64,000 bases of DNA, taken from the NCBI RefSeq assembly GCF_021028975.2, contig NC_059434.1:24800001-24864000 (forward strand), written 5' to 3'. A program made the translations under genes and the position numbers. This document shows positions 25,004 through 37,898 of the stretch, piece after piece (position 1 is the first letter of the stretch; each line of letters opens with the position of its first letter). A model generated the notes under the pieces. It did no database searches and was not told where the DNA came from. It saw only the letters and a list, made by a program, of their open reading frames with translations. This DNA comes from Sphaerodactylus townsendi (lineage: Eukaryota).

Positions 25004-25236
25004 AAGAACCAGTGTGGTATAGTAGTTAACAGCAGCAGACTCTAATCTGCAGAACTGGGTTTGTTTCCCCACTCTTCCACATGAAGCCTACTGGGTGACC
25101 TTGGGCCAGTCAGTTTTCTCAGAACTCTCTCAGCCCCACCTACCTCTATTGAGGGGAGGGGAAGGGGTTGTGATTGTAAGCCGAGATTTCTTAAACGTAG
25201 AGAAAAAGCGGGTTGTAAAAACCAACTCTTCTTCTT
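25004..25236 (+). mobile_element. SINE (same family)
   Basis: Head, CORE-like segment and (TTC) tail. Confidence 0.8.
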
Positions 25237-25799
25237 ATATTACTACTTATCACATCACAGATCTGAGCTCAGGAATGGTGACTGGGGAGTTTGAGGCAAA
25301 GGACAATGTCATCTGTGGGAATAAAATCTATTCCAAGGATCAGCCCTTGTTCAAACAAAGCATTGCTGGTCACTGCATTGCTCTCCCCTTATTGATTCTC
25401 TTCCTTCAGGAAACTCAGGATTCACACTGACGGATATGGATGCCAATTTTCTCTTCCCTTTGCCTTTTAATAGCGGGATGACAGGTTGAAATCCGCCGCT
25501 GGAGTAATTCTTCTCCGTGATAAGGGAAAGCTGCACCTGTTGATCTCCGCCTGTCAGGCAACTGTGAACAGAAAGATTTCCAAAGCGGAGAAACAAGTTG
25601 CGGGGAAGAGAAACCGATTAACTCTCCAGATTCATAAACACAAAATTGTTAATGCAACGTTGCACCACTGCTCCTTAATTATCATTCCTTTGATTTCGAC
25701 ACCGTGGAGAAGGAAAAGGGAAGATCCCTCTTCTGTCCTCCAGGGGGCGCACTTCCCTTAATCAAAGCTTTTCTAATTTTCCACATCTTCTCGTCGGCT

Positions 25800-26160
25800 C
25801 CCCATAGTCTCTATGGTGCATCCTTATTATTCCGGGTTTGTCACGTGAACGGAAAGAGGAAGTACAGAGGGGGCGAATCTGCAAAGCTCGGTCCCCAGTG
25901 ACAGCTGTGGAGAAGGGGGGTCGGGAAGGGTCTGGGGTCCGGCTCAAGCTTTATGGTAAGGCGCGAGAAGCCACTTTCAGTACCGGGAGTGGGCGCGGGC
26001 TTGGCTTTCTGGAGCCTTGATGGCGACTGTCCCATTGACATTTGACTTCCCTTTCACACCACAGTCTTCTTTGGGGATTACAGGGATTACAGGGATACAC
26101 CCTTGTGGTGGGGTGGGGTCGGGTCACTCTCAAGAGACTTATCCAGTTTCCATGACAACC
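25800..26160 (+). promoter_or_regulatory. EXOC1: EXOC1 promoter and non-coding exon 1 (donor after 25955)
   Basis: CpG-enriched; GTCACGTGA E-box at 25840-25848; ATG|GTAAGG donor; RFX X-box GTTTCCATGACAAC at 26146-26159. Confidence 0.7.
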
Positions 26161-26689
26161 TTGGTTTCTGAGTGCGAATACAACTTAAGCTTGTCACTGT
26201 ATTTGTGTTCGAGCTTTTGTCCTCTTTCATCACCTGTTAGTTGTAACTGCTAATTCTATTAGTTATAACTGCTAATTCTACTTCACAAAACTTTGAAGGG
26301 TGACTCCCAAAATCTAAGCTTGAAGGATCAGTGGAGGAGATTCACCGTCTAACTCGCTCCGCCTGTAGTATTCTGCAAAAGAATTCCCAGCATGATTTTA
26401 CGCATCTGAAGAAGTGAGCTGTGACTCCCGCAGGCCAATATTAAAATAAATGTTATTAGCCTTTAAGGTGCCACAGGACTTTTATTTTGTTTTGGGTTTC
26501 TGAGGTTGTCTCTTCTGGATGGATCACTCATTGTCAGCTGTGCTTGGAAGCAAATCCCATGTTCGCTATCTGCTGGTGTAGTACGTTGTCATTCATGTGT
26601 CGTTCCACCATTATTATTTCTTATCCTCACTGGAGAAAAAGAAGATGGAGAGGGGCTGCGGTTTATTGAAATATTCATGAGATGGTGAA

Positions 26690-27080
26690 AATGGATGCTC
26701 TCTTTCTTACAAAATTCTAGAACTTGGAGGTTGTCCTTGAGGTTGACAGGCAGAAGATTGAGGATGGGCAAAATGAAATAAGTTCTTTACTCAGTGAGTT
26801 CAGTGGCAGGGGATGTAGTGGTGGCTGCTGGTTTATGTCGCTTTACTAGAGAATTAGACAGATTCATGGAGAGTAGGTGCATAACTGGCTACTAGTCAAG
26901 ATAACTAAAGGAAACCCTGTGTAAATTTTTAAATATCATTGCTGGTGGGGGGGAGTGTTGGCTGGCGGGCTTCTGTGCATTGCTGTTGGTCCTTAAGGGC
27001 AACTTGTCTGCTTTGTGAAATGGGATGCTGGATTAGATGGACTACTAGTCTTACCCAGGAGGACCCCTCTTTTGTTCTTA
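26690..27080 (+). mobile_element. Degenerate CR1 LINE 3' fragment
   Basis: Similar to the CR1 3' region at 37899-38480. Confidence 0.65.
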
Positions 27081-28286
27081 TGGTCTTTTCTGAGCGTGTA
27101 TCACTAGTTCTAGATCACTCAGTAAATTTTTTGACAGTGTGAGGATTTGAAATCAGGTATCCTAGCTCCTTGCCTGATATTGTAACTATTACACCACACT
27201 GGACTGAACAGGACTGTGTGGAACTGCAGTGCAATGTTACGTGAAAACAGTGTGGAGTTTCCTTTTTTCTTTTGACTCATCCTCATGGATTGCTGCGTAC
27301 AAAAGGTATTCAAACAAATGTATCAGTTGCAAATGAAAATTAATCGTTATGTTTTCTAACTCTGAAAAATCCTGATGCTTTGTCGCCATTCAGGTTGTGT
27401 CCCTGGTTTAAAAAGTGTCTGAGTTGTGTAGAGGACTCCAGTTAATAACTTTTCTTTATTTTGGTATTTTAAACTCTGATAAGAGATAGCTGATATTGAG
27501 TGATTCAAAACATTCACAATGCCACACAGATGCTGCTACTTTCTGTCCCACGAGCTGACTGTTTTGATATGTAGACTTGACAATCTTGGAGACAGAATAC
27601 TTTTGCCTATTTTTAATTATAAAATTCTTTGGTTACACTTCAATCTGGTTCATTTTCTTTTACGTATAGCAGCTTTTGCAATGTGAGGCAATTATAGAAC
27701 CACTGATTCAGTTGTTATTGCTGTTCTGTGTGATTACTCTTGTGGCTTATGTAGTAGAGATTTGAAACCACTTCGGGTTGGATCTAACCAGTTTGTCTAC
27801 TGGCAGAAAAGGGAGGCAGAGTTTTCCTTTGATAAACAAAAAAGCTATGCTGGGAATCCTGGATGCTACATGGGCAAAAATTGGCACTGTAGCAAGGAGA
27901 GAAATTGGATGAAATTGAATGAAACTGGCTGGCTGCAACTCCTTAGTATGTGTGAGAGCCTTCTGTGCAGTACCACACTTGACATGTAAAGCTGATATTT
28001 CCCCTTATATTATGTATTTGAGAATGCTTTCAATATAAACTGTTGGTATTCCTCTAAACAGTTAGTGTTAAACCAATTGTTCAGTTGCACCTTACGTTAA
28101 GAGTTTTATGCTTTCTTTGCATTTCAGAGTAATATATGTTGTAGTATCATTTTTCAACTTGAAGCGTTCACACACCTGAACAGTTCCTTGTTTGATTACT
28201 AGGAGATCAGAGTTCTTTGTAAGTGAACCAGACAAGCATATTCATCTGTGGTGACCTGAAAATTATCTATATACAGCTCAGAGAAA

Positions 28287-28410
28287 ATGACTGCAATCAA
28301 GCATGCCTTGCAGAGGGATATTTTCACGCCAAATGATGAACGCTTACTGAGCATTGTTAATGTTTGCAAAGCAGGAAAAAAGAAGAGAAACTGCTTTTTA
28401 TGTGCCACAG
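28287..28410 (+). CDS. EXOC1: EXOC1 (Sec3) first coding exon; acceptor at 28277
   Basis: [41 protein letters not shown]; CAG|GTATGG donor. Confidence 0.97.
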
Positions 28411-28887
28411 GTATGGGTTTTTGAAGCTTTTACAACGCTTCTGACAATAATTTACACTGATATTAATTTATTTCTAAAACTTACAGTGAATCTGTTTGTT
28501 TTTTGCACTGCACAGGGGATACTGCATAATTGCTATCTGCATTGATGGCACAGTGTAAAGTAATATCCTGATTTGGCAGGAAGATTATATAGGTACTTGT
28601 GTACAGTAGCTTATTTTACGTTTTTAATTGAAGGTGGACCACATATTTTATGTTTTTAATGTTTTTAATTCACTCTTCTGTGAAAGCTAGCATAGAATAT
28701 CATTTAAGGTCATGAACAGGTGGTGGTTAAGAGTAACACCCCAAATGCTAGTATATACTCTGTTACTATATAGCCTGTAGAGAAGATTCTTGTCAAGCAA
28801 GTCAAGATGAGCAGCTGTGCATTTATGGACAGTTGAGAAAAATTGGAAGTTGATTGTGGCTGTGGATACTGGATTGCAAAATTTAGA

Positions 28888-29160
28888 AAAGAAGAAGAGT
28901 TTGGATTTATATCCCACCTTTCTCTCCTGTAAGGAGACTCAAGGTGGCTTACAAGCTCCTTTCCCTTCCTCTCCCCACAACAGATAGATCGTGATGTAGG
29001 TGGAGCTGAGAGAGTTCTGAACGGGGTCACCCAGCAGGAATGTAGGAGTGCGGAAACACATCTGGTTCACCAGATAAGCCTCAGGTGGAGGAGTGGGTAA
29101 TCAAACCCGGTTCTCCAGGTTAGAATCCACCTGCTCTTAATCACTACATCTCGCTGGCTT
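28888..29160 (-). mobile_element. SINE (same family)
   Basis: Similar to the 574-880 copy. Confidence 0.85.
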
Positions 29161-29488
29161 TACAAGTCTTTATTATCATCCTTATTCAGAGATAGCAGAA
29201 AATGCCATATGTCTTGGACACCAACATTTTTCATGCCTGGAATTTTTCAAGCCCTATTTGTTACATATGGACTTCTTTCAGATTTCATCTACATCGCACT
29301 GAAATCATAGTATTTTTGAAGTCTATGGTCTTCTGTCTCATAGAAAAATTTAAAGCTTGTGTGATTGAAGAGCTGGAGAATCTGTTTTAGAGCTAATGAT
29401 TTATCAGTTGCACCAAGGAGGAAAATCAATCTCTGCTTATATAAATCACTTCTTCTTTTAGAGATTAATAATGTACTTTTCTTTGCAG

Positions 29489-29619
29489 TGACAACTGAAC
29501 GCCCAGTGCAGGTGAATGTAGTAAAAGTGAAAAAGTCTGATAAAGGAGACTTCTACAAGAGGCAGACCGCATGGGCACTTCGAGATCTTGCAGTTGTTGA
29601 TGCCAAGGATGCTATCAAA
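29489..29619 (+). CDS. EXOC1: EXOC1 exon
   Basis: [44 protein letters not shown]; 131 nt, phases fit. Confidence 0.97.
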
Positions 29620-30305
29620 GTATGTCTTAGGGCCTCATCCAGGGGCAGGGCTGAAAGGGTTTGGGGGAGGGGTAAGGCCTTGCACCATTGTGTTTTTCCT
29701 CTCCGGGGCACGCACTTTGGTGGATGGCTGCTCTGCAGCAGTGAAACCTGGAAATCCTGGTTGCCATGGAACTGTGCTGGAATCCTGATCAAATGCAGGG
29801 GGGAGGGGCAGGGCATTCTGGGGGCAGAGTCAACATTAATCATCTTCCTCCTGGGGTTTGGCTCCTCAGACTTATGCCACCCAAAGGGTCCTTTAAGCCC
29901 TGTAAAGGGCTTTCTGGAGGAAGGCTGTTGTTGTTTTGTATTTTTTGCTCCCTGTGCTACCAGAAAGCCCTATTGGAGGCAGAGGGGCAGTTTCTTTTGC
30001 TTCCATGTACAAAAAAGGACATTTCTGCTGGAGCAAACATAGAAACTTTCTTCTGAATAGTGACATGTTTGAATTTGTGTGTTTCCTATAGGAAGTATGC
30101 TTATCTAGAATTTATCAGGGATTCTGATCACCAGCCTTTTCATTGATCTCGCTATGGAAGTATTAAACCGTTGTTCTCTTTTTTCCCCCCAATGGGAATG
30201 ATATTATGTCCATGTTGCTTGGGCAGCATCTTGCATACTATTAGTACTCAAAGCAATCCAGGGGCCTCCATAACTTGCTTGGCCTTGTTTCTTGCTCGGT
30301 TTCAG

Positions 30306-30465
30306 GAAAATCCTGAATTTGACCTACATTTTGACAAGGTATACAAATGGGTTGCGAGCAGCAGCGCAGAAAAGAACACTTTCATTTCCTGTATTTGGAA
30401 ACTCAACCAGCGGTATCTCAAGAAGAAGATTGACTTCATGAATGTTAGTGCTCAGCTTTTGGAAG
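30306..30465 (+). CDS. EXOC1: EXOC1 exon
   Basis: [53 protein letters not shown]. Confidence 0.97.
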
Positions 30466-31947
30466 GTAAAATGTTTCGACTGATTCTTTTTCTTGATACA
30501 TTGTGGTTGAAAAACTGATTCAGCCTACAAAATATATTTTTAAACATGTGCATCAGTCACAATCCCAACAGTAAATGAAATTTGTTTTGAATTATTGTAT
30601 GTCTCGTACTTACATCCTAAACACACTGCAGTGATTTCAATGGGACAGTCACATAATGGTGGTGTTCTGGAGCCGTCACCTGCTGCTTTATAATTTCTCA
30701 ATCCTAAAGCAGAAGCCTCAGATGAGTTGCAATATTTTTGTTATATTTGTACCTGCAAGTTTTCCAAGGGCTTTAAGGCAAGAGTAGCAGCAGCCGCTGT
30801 AATTTGCCACTAACCTTGCAATGACTGTGAGTGATGGGTTAGTCTGAAAGACAGTGACTGGCTGAGTAGAGATTTTGAGCAGATTCCTGGCCCAAGTCAA
30901 ACACTCTATCCATCATTTCACACTGACTCTTATAAAATGTCTAATAAATCATTAACATTGTTTCATAAATTCATCAGCCAATACAAGAGTCTATTAGAGT
31001 TCCCAGAACAGCTCATAAAACCTTGGCAAAATGTTTCCTCATGCCTCCTGAAAAGGAATGAGCTATCTCTCTGGAGGTGGGTGAAGTTCTGCAACTTTAT
31101 CCTTTGAAATGGAAACATGCCTGCCCTGCTCAGCAACCAATCACACTCTAGCACACATGGATCTCAAAAGACCAGAGATTCTTACCATGGGGGAGAGGGC
31201 ATGTAGAGAGAAGTTCTCTTACAATGCCCAGGGCATTTAGAGCTTGTAAATATACTAATCATGGCCTTAAATTGAGCCCATAAACAGTTGAGAGAGACAC
31301 TGTGTTCTTGATGTCCCACTGCAAGAAACAAGTAGCAGGGTTATGAAGCCATTGTTAGCATCATTCCTGTTAGGGCTAGAGGTGGGTAGATGTATCTAGA
31401 AACATAGCTGGCGTAGGGGAAGCCTTGTTTATATATGTGAAATGCATTAATGATTCATGCATTTGTTTTGTTGGAAGCCCCATTGTGATTCTTGAGAGTG
31501 TTGCAGTGTTTTATAAGAACTGTTAAGTACGTTCAGCTACTCTGGTAGATGGCGTGACTCCTTTGAAGAGAAAGTGTCTACGTGACACTTAAGTTTGAGT
31601 AGAATAAATAAAGGGCTGTCGGAGGTTAATGGTCAGAATAACCTCTGAAGGCATGTTCAGAGTACTGAGAGAACTTGCAGATGGTTTGTAATAATAATCA
31701 TAAACATGAATGCTGGCATGTCTATGATGTAGTAATTGACTCAGTTCAATTTCTGCAGTCTCCCAAGCATTGTAAATGTATGATTTGGAGGGGTTTTTTT
31801 GTAATCTTCTTAAAAATTCTCAACTTTTCAAACCCTTGTGTCTGTAACTCTCAAAACTTGTTGCCATTAAAAATGTGTTCATTCTCTGCTTAGCTAATAT
31901 TCTTTGCTTCCTTTCTTCTGCTTCTTTTATATCTTTTAACTCTCCAG

Positions 31948-31968
31948 AACTGCCTAAAGTTGCAGAAG
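31948..31968 (+). CDS. EXOC1: EXOC1 alternative 21-nt microexon (ELPKVAE)
   Basis: Long pyrimidine tract plus CAG acceptor, AAG|GTGCGT donor; symmetric phase 1/1; resembles the recalled ELPKVTE isoform insert. Confidence 0.85.
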
Positions 31969-34042
31969 GTGCGTAACACCTTTATCTTTTTTCCCTCTCC
32001 TCTTCTATGTGACTAACTCCTCTTCTATGTGACTAACTATGTGACTAACTGTCAAAAGTGTCTATTTTTCTATGTAGACCAGTTAAGAGTATATTCATAC
32101 TATAAGGAGAAGTTAATCTTCATACTATAAGGAGAAGTTAATCTATTAAAATGAAAGTAGCTATGACTATGTATTAAACATGTATATAATCAATATCAGT
32201 CTGAATTTTCAAAATCTGCCTTGTGAAGGACAGTCCTTATTGTGAAAAGTAAGCTACTCTTACAACTAAAAATATACGTCTGACATTTCTGCCCATCTCA
32301 GCCTTACTCAGAAATTCACCTTTTGATGTATTTGAAACTGTTGAAATCAGATATTATTTTCATCATGTTTCTTTTATAATACCTTGACGCTGAAAGCATT
32401 TACTCCGAAAGATTTGGTATGCAATAAATATTCATAAGTAATTAATGTAAATTGCTTTTCGTTTTTCTTAACTCAGTTCTTAATAGGGGGGAAATGATGC
32501 ATAGTGTTTCCTGTCATTATCTCGACAGTCGTTAAAATCCGTACTTACCTGATTGTGCTTTTAGCTTAATAGTTCCAAGTCTCAGGATTTCATTTCAGGT
32601 TAGCTGAAGCATGTGGATAAAATGTCAAACATCATATATGTTTTCTTCATTGGGACTATCAGCCATTGACTGGGCTAACTCAGTTCCAAGGGAGAGAAGG
32701 CAAAGTACTTTGGACATTGAGAAAAGCTGATGCATTGATCTTTAGTTGCTGAAACTTAAAATGACAAAATACAAAACGGAATAAATCTTCAATAGGCTTA
32801 CTTCGTCCGTGAGAAATAGGTTCTTCATTGCTGTTTGGTTTTTTTAATTGACACATGCTATAGCTGTGGAGCTGTTTGATTGCCTGTTGAAATGACAAGA
32901 TCTCTGGAATTCTATAGATTACATAGTTTTATGGGGACAAGTTTGCCTGGGCCATACTTGCAATGATGAAGTGGGAACTGAGAAGGTAATTTATAGACAG
33001 TTCTCCACATACGTAATGTATGTATAGATTATGTCAGGTTGCCTTCAGGATGTTTTGCTCTCTTCGGATGGCGGTTGATCGGAATGCTGGAACATTCTCC
33101 GCAGATGCATTCCACACATTAACTATTTCAGTCTGGGTGTCTCTGTTTAAAAATGCCGCCAAGATCAAGCGGAAAGAGACAGCAGACCAGAACTTGCAAC
33201 GGTAGTTCAGGTTTCTCTGTTGTAGAGTACTGCTGTATCCTTTTTCATATCAAGGTTTGCACTCACAGTATTAGTAAGCTGACATCAGGAAGCACTCTTG
33301 GCCGGATGCTGTTTGTACTGTAATGCTGCGGAAGACAGCACTACCTATTTATCAGGCAAAAAATTGAGGCAGTTTTTGGAAAGTCCTGAAGCTAAAGTTT
33401 TGCTGTGCAAATAGTTTTGGGACCCCTTCTTTATTTAAATAATGCTGAATCACACTCTTGTGAACTCCGAGGAGGCAGAGATCCTCATTGCTTGTTCCTA
33501 CAGCAAGTGGAAACTGGAACACGCGCCACACACAGTCTCTGGCAAACACAGAATAATGTATTTTATACCAATTATATCAATAGTATTTTATATCAATTAT
33601 ATCAGTTATATCAATATTAATTATATTAATAGTTTGGACTTTATGAGAAAGGAGTGAATAATTTTGGACTATATAACTTTTCTATTTTGTAAATTGAGGC
33701 GTGAATTATTAACACTTTGGACTTCTTAAAAGTTGGATTCTATAACTATTGGATTGTTCGTAATTGAGTTATATAATATTGTGAACTTGATATAATTGGT
33801 ATAAAATACATTCTTCTATGTTTGCCAGAGCCTGTGTGTGGCGTGTGTTCCAGTTTCCAGTTTTTGACGGTGCACACAATTGTTTGTTTGTTTGTTGTGT
33901 TCCTACAGCAAGACCATAACTTGTGTAACTGTCACAATCACGTTGCTAGAGAGGCAGTAATAGAGGTTGTGATGGGAACAGGCAAAACTGTTGTATCTGC
34001 CACCATATCCCTGTTTTTAATGGTTTGTTCTCCTTCCTCAAG

Positions 34043-34230
34043 AATCTGTTCCTAGTGGAGAGAATCAGAACGTGGCTGGGGGAGATGAAGAGGTGGTGGA
34101 TGAATATCAAGAGTTAAATGCCAGAGAGGAGCAGGACATTGAAATAATGATGGAAGGCTGTGAATATGCCATTTCTAATGCAGAAGCCTTTGCAGATAAG
34201 CTGTCCAGGGAGCTTCAAGTGCTGGATGGG
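34043..34230 (+). CDS. EXOC1: EXOC1 exon
   Basis: [63 protein letters not shown]. Confidence 0.97.
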
Positions 34231-34628
34231 GTAAGGAACTTTTTAGGAATATGTTTGCTTTAGATCTCAAGGGGTTCTGAAAGATCTCAAGGGGTTCTCT
34301 TAAGTAGCGTGTGGCTGAGAGTAGTTTCAGGCAAGAACGTTGGGATTCATCTGAACAGAGGCAGCTGCTTTCTGAAACCCCTTCAGTTCTGAAATTTGGC
34401 TCTGTCACCGCTTCACAAGCAGCAAGTGTGATGATTATAAGGAAGCATTGCTTTCCATTTAAAACAACTTTGATGTGTTCCAAGATGGTGTCGTGTTTTG
34501 CTGTTACTTCGCATCTTCAAACAAATTTCATGAATAAAGAATCATGAATAAATCTTGAATAGATAATCATGAATAAAGATTGGAAAAGGATCTTTTAAAA
34601 AATGCAGTTTTTGCTCTTTGCTTTGTAG

Positions 34629-34856
34629 GCAAACATTCAGTCAATTATGGCCTCCGAGAAGCAGGTGAACATCCTAATGAAACTGCTGGATGAGGCACTG
34701 AAAGAAGTGGACCAAATTGAAGTGAAGCTGAGCAGTTACGAGGAAATGTTACAGAGCGTGAAAGAACAAATGGACCAGATTTCTGAAAGCAACCATCTCA
34801 TTCATCTTAGCAACACCAACAACCTGAAACTTCTGTCTGAGATAGAATTTCTTGTC
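34629..34856 (+). CDS. EXOC1: EXOC1 exon
   Basis: [41 protein letters not shown]...LLSEIEFLV. Confidence 0.97.
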
Positions 34857-35368
34857 GTAAGTACTAACAGATTTGTTAGCCCACCCCATCCAAACACTTG
34901 GAAGACCAACAAAATACTTAAAGATCCATTAAAAGTACATCACAAGTTGGGTGTAAAGGAATAATATTCTGTCACATCCACTCAGAGAATCTGGACCAAT
35001 TAGACCTCAAATAATTGTTCCTTTAGGGCTATTCTGTTTCAGGTATCTTTAGGATCTATATATAAGGTTGTCTGCAAGCCTTAATTTCAGATATTTGCCC
35101 ACAACAAGATAACAGTTGTAACTCTTTTCTCACGAGGCAGGGGAGGCCTACTTTACTGCAAAGAATTCAAAGCCGTAAAGCATAGGTCAAGGAAAGAACG
35201 CATAAATGGCAATGGTTCCATATAACAGAGCTGGCTACATATATCAGACTAGACATTGGATTACCATAGATGGCTACATTGATTCAAGAATGCATCCATT
35301 TCACTCAGATAAGCATCCCCCTGACACTCAACTCTTTGTCTTAATTAAAAGGCAATAAAGTTAATATT

Positions 35369-35561
35369 GGGGTGCTGTGTGGTTTCCAGGCTGTATGGCC
35401 GTGTTCTAGCAGCATTCTCTCCTCACGTTTCGCCTGCATCTGTGGCTGGCATCTTCAGAGGATCTGAAACGTCAGGAGAGAATGCTGCTAGAACACGGCC
35501 ACACAGCCTGGAAACCACACAGCACCCCAGTGATTCTGGCCGTGAAAGCCTTCAACAATAC
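35369..35561. mobile_element. Penelope-like inverted element end
   Basis: Inverted arms; 12-bp flanking duplication AAAGTTAATATT (35357-35368 and 35562-35573). Confidence 0.8.
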
Positions 35562-36049
35562 AAAGTTAATATTTCTGTGACTACTTTAATTTGAAAGATT
35601 TTTTAAAATCCTTATGCAATCAGAGTTGACCAGTAGATGAACCGATAGTTGTAGCTCTCACAACTACATGGAAATATGCATGATCAGCAAGAAGACCTGG
35701 CATTTAATGAAAATCCTTCAACCGGGGAAATGCAACTTAACTGCAGAAGCAAAGAGCAAGTTTCAGTGAATGATAAGTGGAGGTCTGCTTGCAGTATCGG
35801 ATTTCCCATGGTTAATTTCCTAAACCAGGAAATCTTTGGTTTCGGCTGCAAGCATGAAAAAGATGCGGGCAAGCCCAAGAGCCAACAAGGTACATTCTCA
35901 TTACAAACAAACCTGAGTGAGTTTGTGATGTCTGAATGCAGCCTAATTCTTGTCGCCTGCTCTTCACTAGGAGGTGCAGCATCATATTCATTTATTCATG
36001 TGAAATGCCAACATGAGAATCTGTTTCCAAAATCATGGATTAAAATTCC

Positions 36050-36600
36050 CCCACTGTGGTGCAGTGGTTAAGAGTGGTGGACTCTAATCTAACCGGATTT
36101 GTTTCTCTGCTCCTCCCCGTGAAGCCTGCTGGGGTGGCCTTGGGCTAGTCACAGTTCTTTCCAAACTCTCTCAGTCCCACCTGCCTCACAAGGTGTCTGT
36201 TGTGGGAAGAGAAAAGAAAGGCGTTTATAAGTTTGAGAGCTAGTGTGTTGTAGTGGTTAAGAGCAGGTGGATTCTAGTCTGCAGAACCAGGTTTGATTCC
36301 CCGCTCCTCCACCTGAATGGCAGAGGCTTATCTGGTGAACCAGATGTATTTCCACACTCCTACATTTCTGCTGGGTGACCTTGGGCTGGTCACAGTTCTT
36401 CAGAACTCTGTCAATCCCACCTACCTCACAAGGTGTCTGTTGTGGGAAGAGGAAGGGAAAGGAGCTTGTAAGCCACCTTGAATATTCTTACAGGAGACAA
36501 GGGTGGGGATAAATCCAAACTCTTCTTCTTCTAAGTCACTTTGAGGCTCCTTACGGTTGAGAAAAGCGGGAGTATAAATCCAAACTCCTTTTCTTCTCTT
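36050..36600 (+). mobile_element. Nested SINEs (a copy at ~36233-36531 inserted in an older copy)
   Basis: The host copy resumes after the insert; TAAGT on both sides. Confidence 0.8.
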
Positions 36601-36610
36601 CTAAAAATTA

Positions 36611-37170
36611 CCGTATATACTCGTGTATAAGCAGAATTTTTCAGCCCTGTTTTAAGGCTGAAAAATGCCCCCTCAGCTTATACGCGAGTCACCCCTTACC
36701 AGCAATCACAAGTTGCTTGTTGCTGCCCTCCCCGGAGGGGGAAGGGGAAACCCCTGCAGCTGGCGGGCTCTTCAGGCCTCTGCCGAGGCTGGGGGCATGG
36801 CCCAGGACGACCTCCGTGCGGCTGCACAAGCTGCTTGTTGCTGCCCTCCTCGAAGGGTGAAGGGTTCCTCAAACCCCAGCCGGGAGGCAGAGGGAGCTCC
36901 TTATTTGGGCAGTGACTCCCCCTGATGTCACTGCCCAAATAAGGAGCTCCCTCTGCCTCCCCGCTGGCTGGGCTTCCTCAAACCCCAACGGAGGTACCAC
37001 TGTATCTATTTTATTTTATTAGTATCTATTTTTATTTTTGAAATTTACCAGTAGCTGCTGCCTTTCCCACCCTTGGCTTATACGCAAGTCAATAAGTTTT
37101 CCCAGGTTTTGGTGGTAAAATTAAGTGCTTCGGCTTATACATGGGTCGGCTTATACACGAGTATATACGG
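36611..37170. mobile_element. Tc1/mariner (Tigger-like) MITE
   Basis: 22-bp TIR CCGTATATACTCGTGTATAAGC with TA TSD. Confidence 0.88.
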
Positions 37171-37237
37171 TATTCTCTTTTTCTCCAGAGCATGTAACAT
37201 GAAGGGAGCTTTGAAAAATAAATATTTGTTTTCACAG

Positions 37238-37370
37238 AACCATATGGATTTGGCAAAAGGACATATCAAGGCCCTCCAGGAAGGAGACCTGTCATCATCC
37301 CGGGGCATTGAGGCCTGCACTAACGCGGCAGATGCTCTCTTGCAGTGCATGAATGTTGCTCTTCAGCCAG
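37238..37370 (+). CDS. EXOC1: EXOC1 exon
   Basis: [44 protein letters not shown]. Confidence 0.97.
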
Positions 37371-37475
37371 GTAAGTTTATCTTTTGCAAATAGATAAGGG
37401 GGAAGCGTCTGTTTCCTTTTCAGGTCTGTGTCTTTTCTCGCATCCTGCTAATTTGTTTCCCTCTTCCGATTCAAG

Positions 37476-37585
37476 GGCATGACATGCTCCATGCGGTCCA
37501 GCAGCAGCAGCAGCGATTCAGCGACCTGCGGGAGCAGTTTGCGCGGAGACTGGCCAGCCATCTGAACAACGTATTCGTTCAGCAG
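37476..37585 (+). CDS. EXOC1: EXOC1 exon
   Basis: [37 protein letters not shown]. Confidence 0.96.
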
Positions 37586-37898
37586 GTACTCTTTGACTTT
37601 CCATTCTTTGGCTTTCATAGCTTTCAGATGCCTACATTTTTGTTGTAGCTTTTCTCACGCTGCTGGAGAAGTTCCCAGGTTTACAGGTAGTGATCCATCA
37701 CCTCAGTGAATGGAGGGAGGCCCAAACAATCCTATGATATGAATTGGCCAGTAGGCCACATTCTTTAACTGAGAGAGTAAAAGTGGGTGCTTATTTCAAT
37801 ACTGGGAACTCCAACTAGGCATCAAGAGCCTCAGCATTCTGATTAAGGAGCATTCTGAACTGCGATTTACATTGCAGTCCTAAGCAACGTTTCATCCT

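Noticed and set aside
26405-26490. Another CTGAAGA hammerhead-like Penelope remnant
   Set aside because: The GAAA half of the core is lost.
29365-30042. 225-aa ORF
   Set aside because: Only 29489-29619 is an EXOC1 exon; the rest is intronic read-through.
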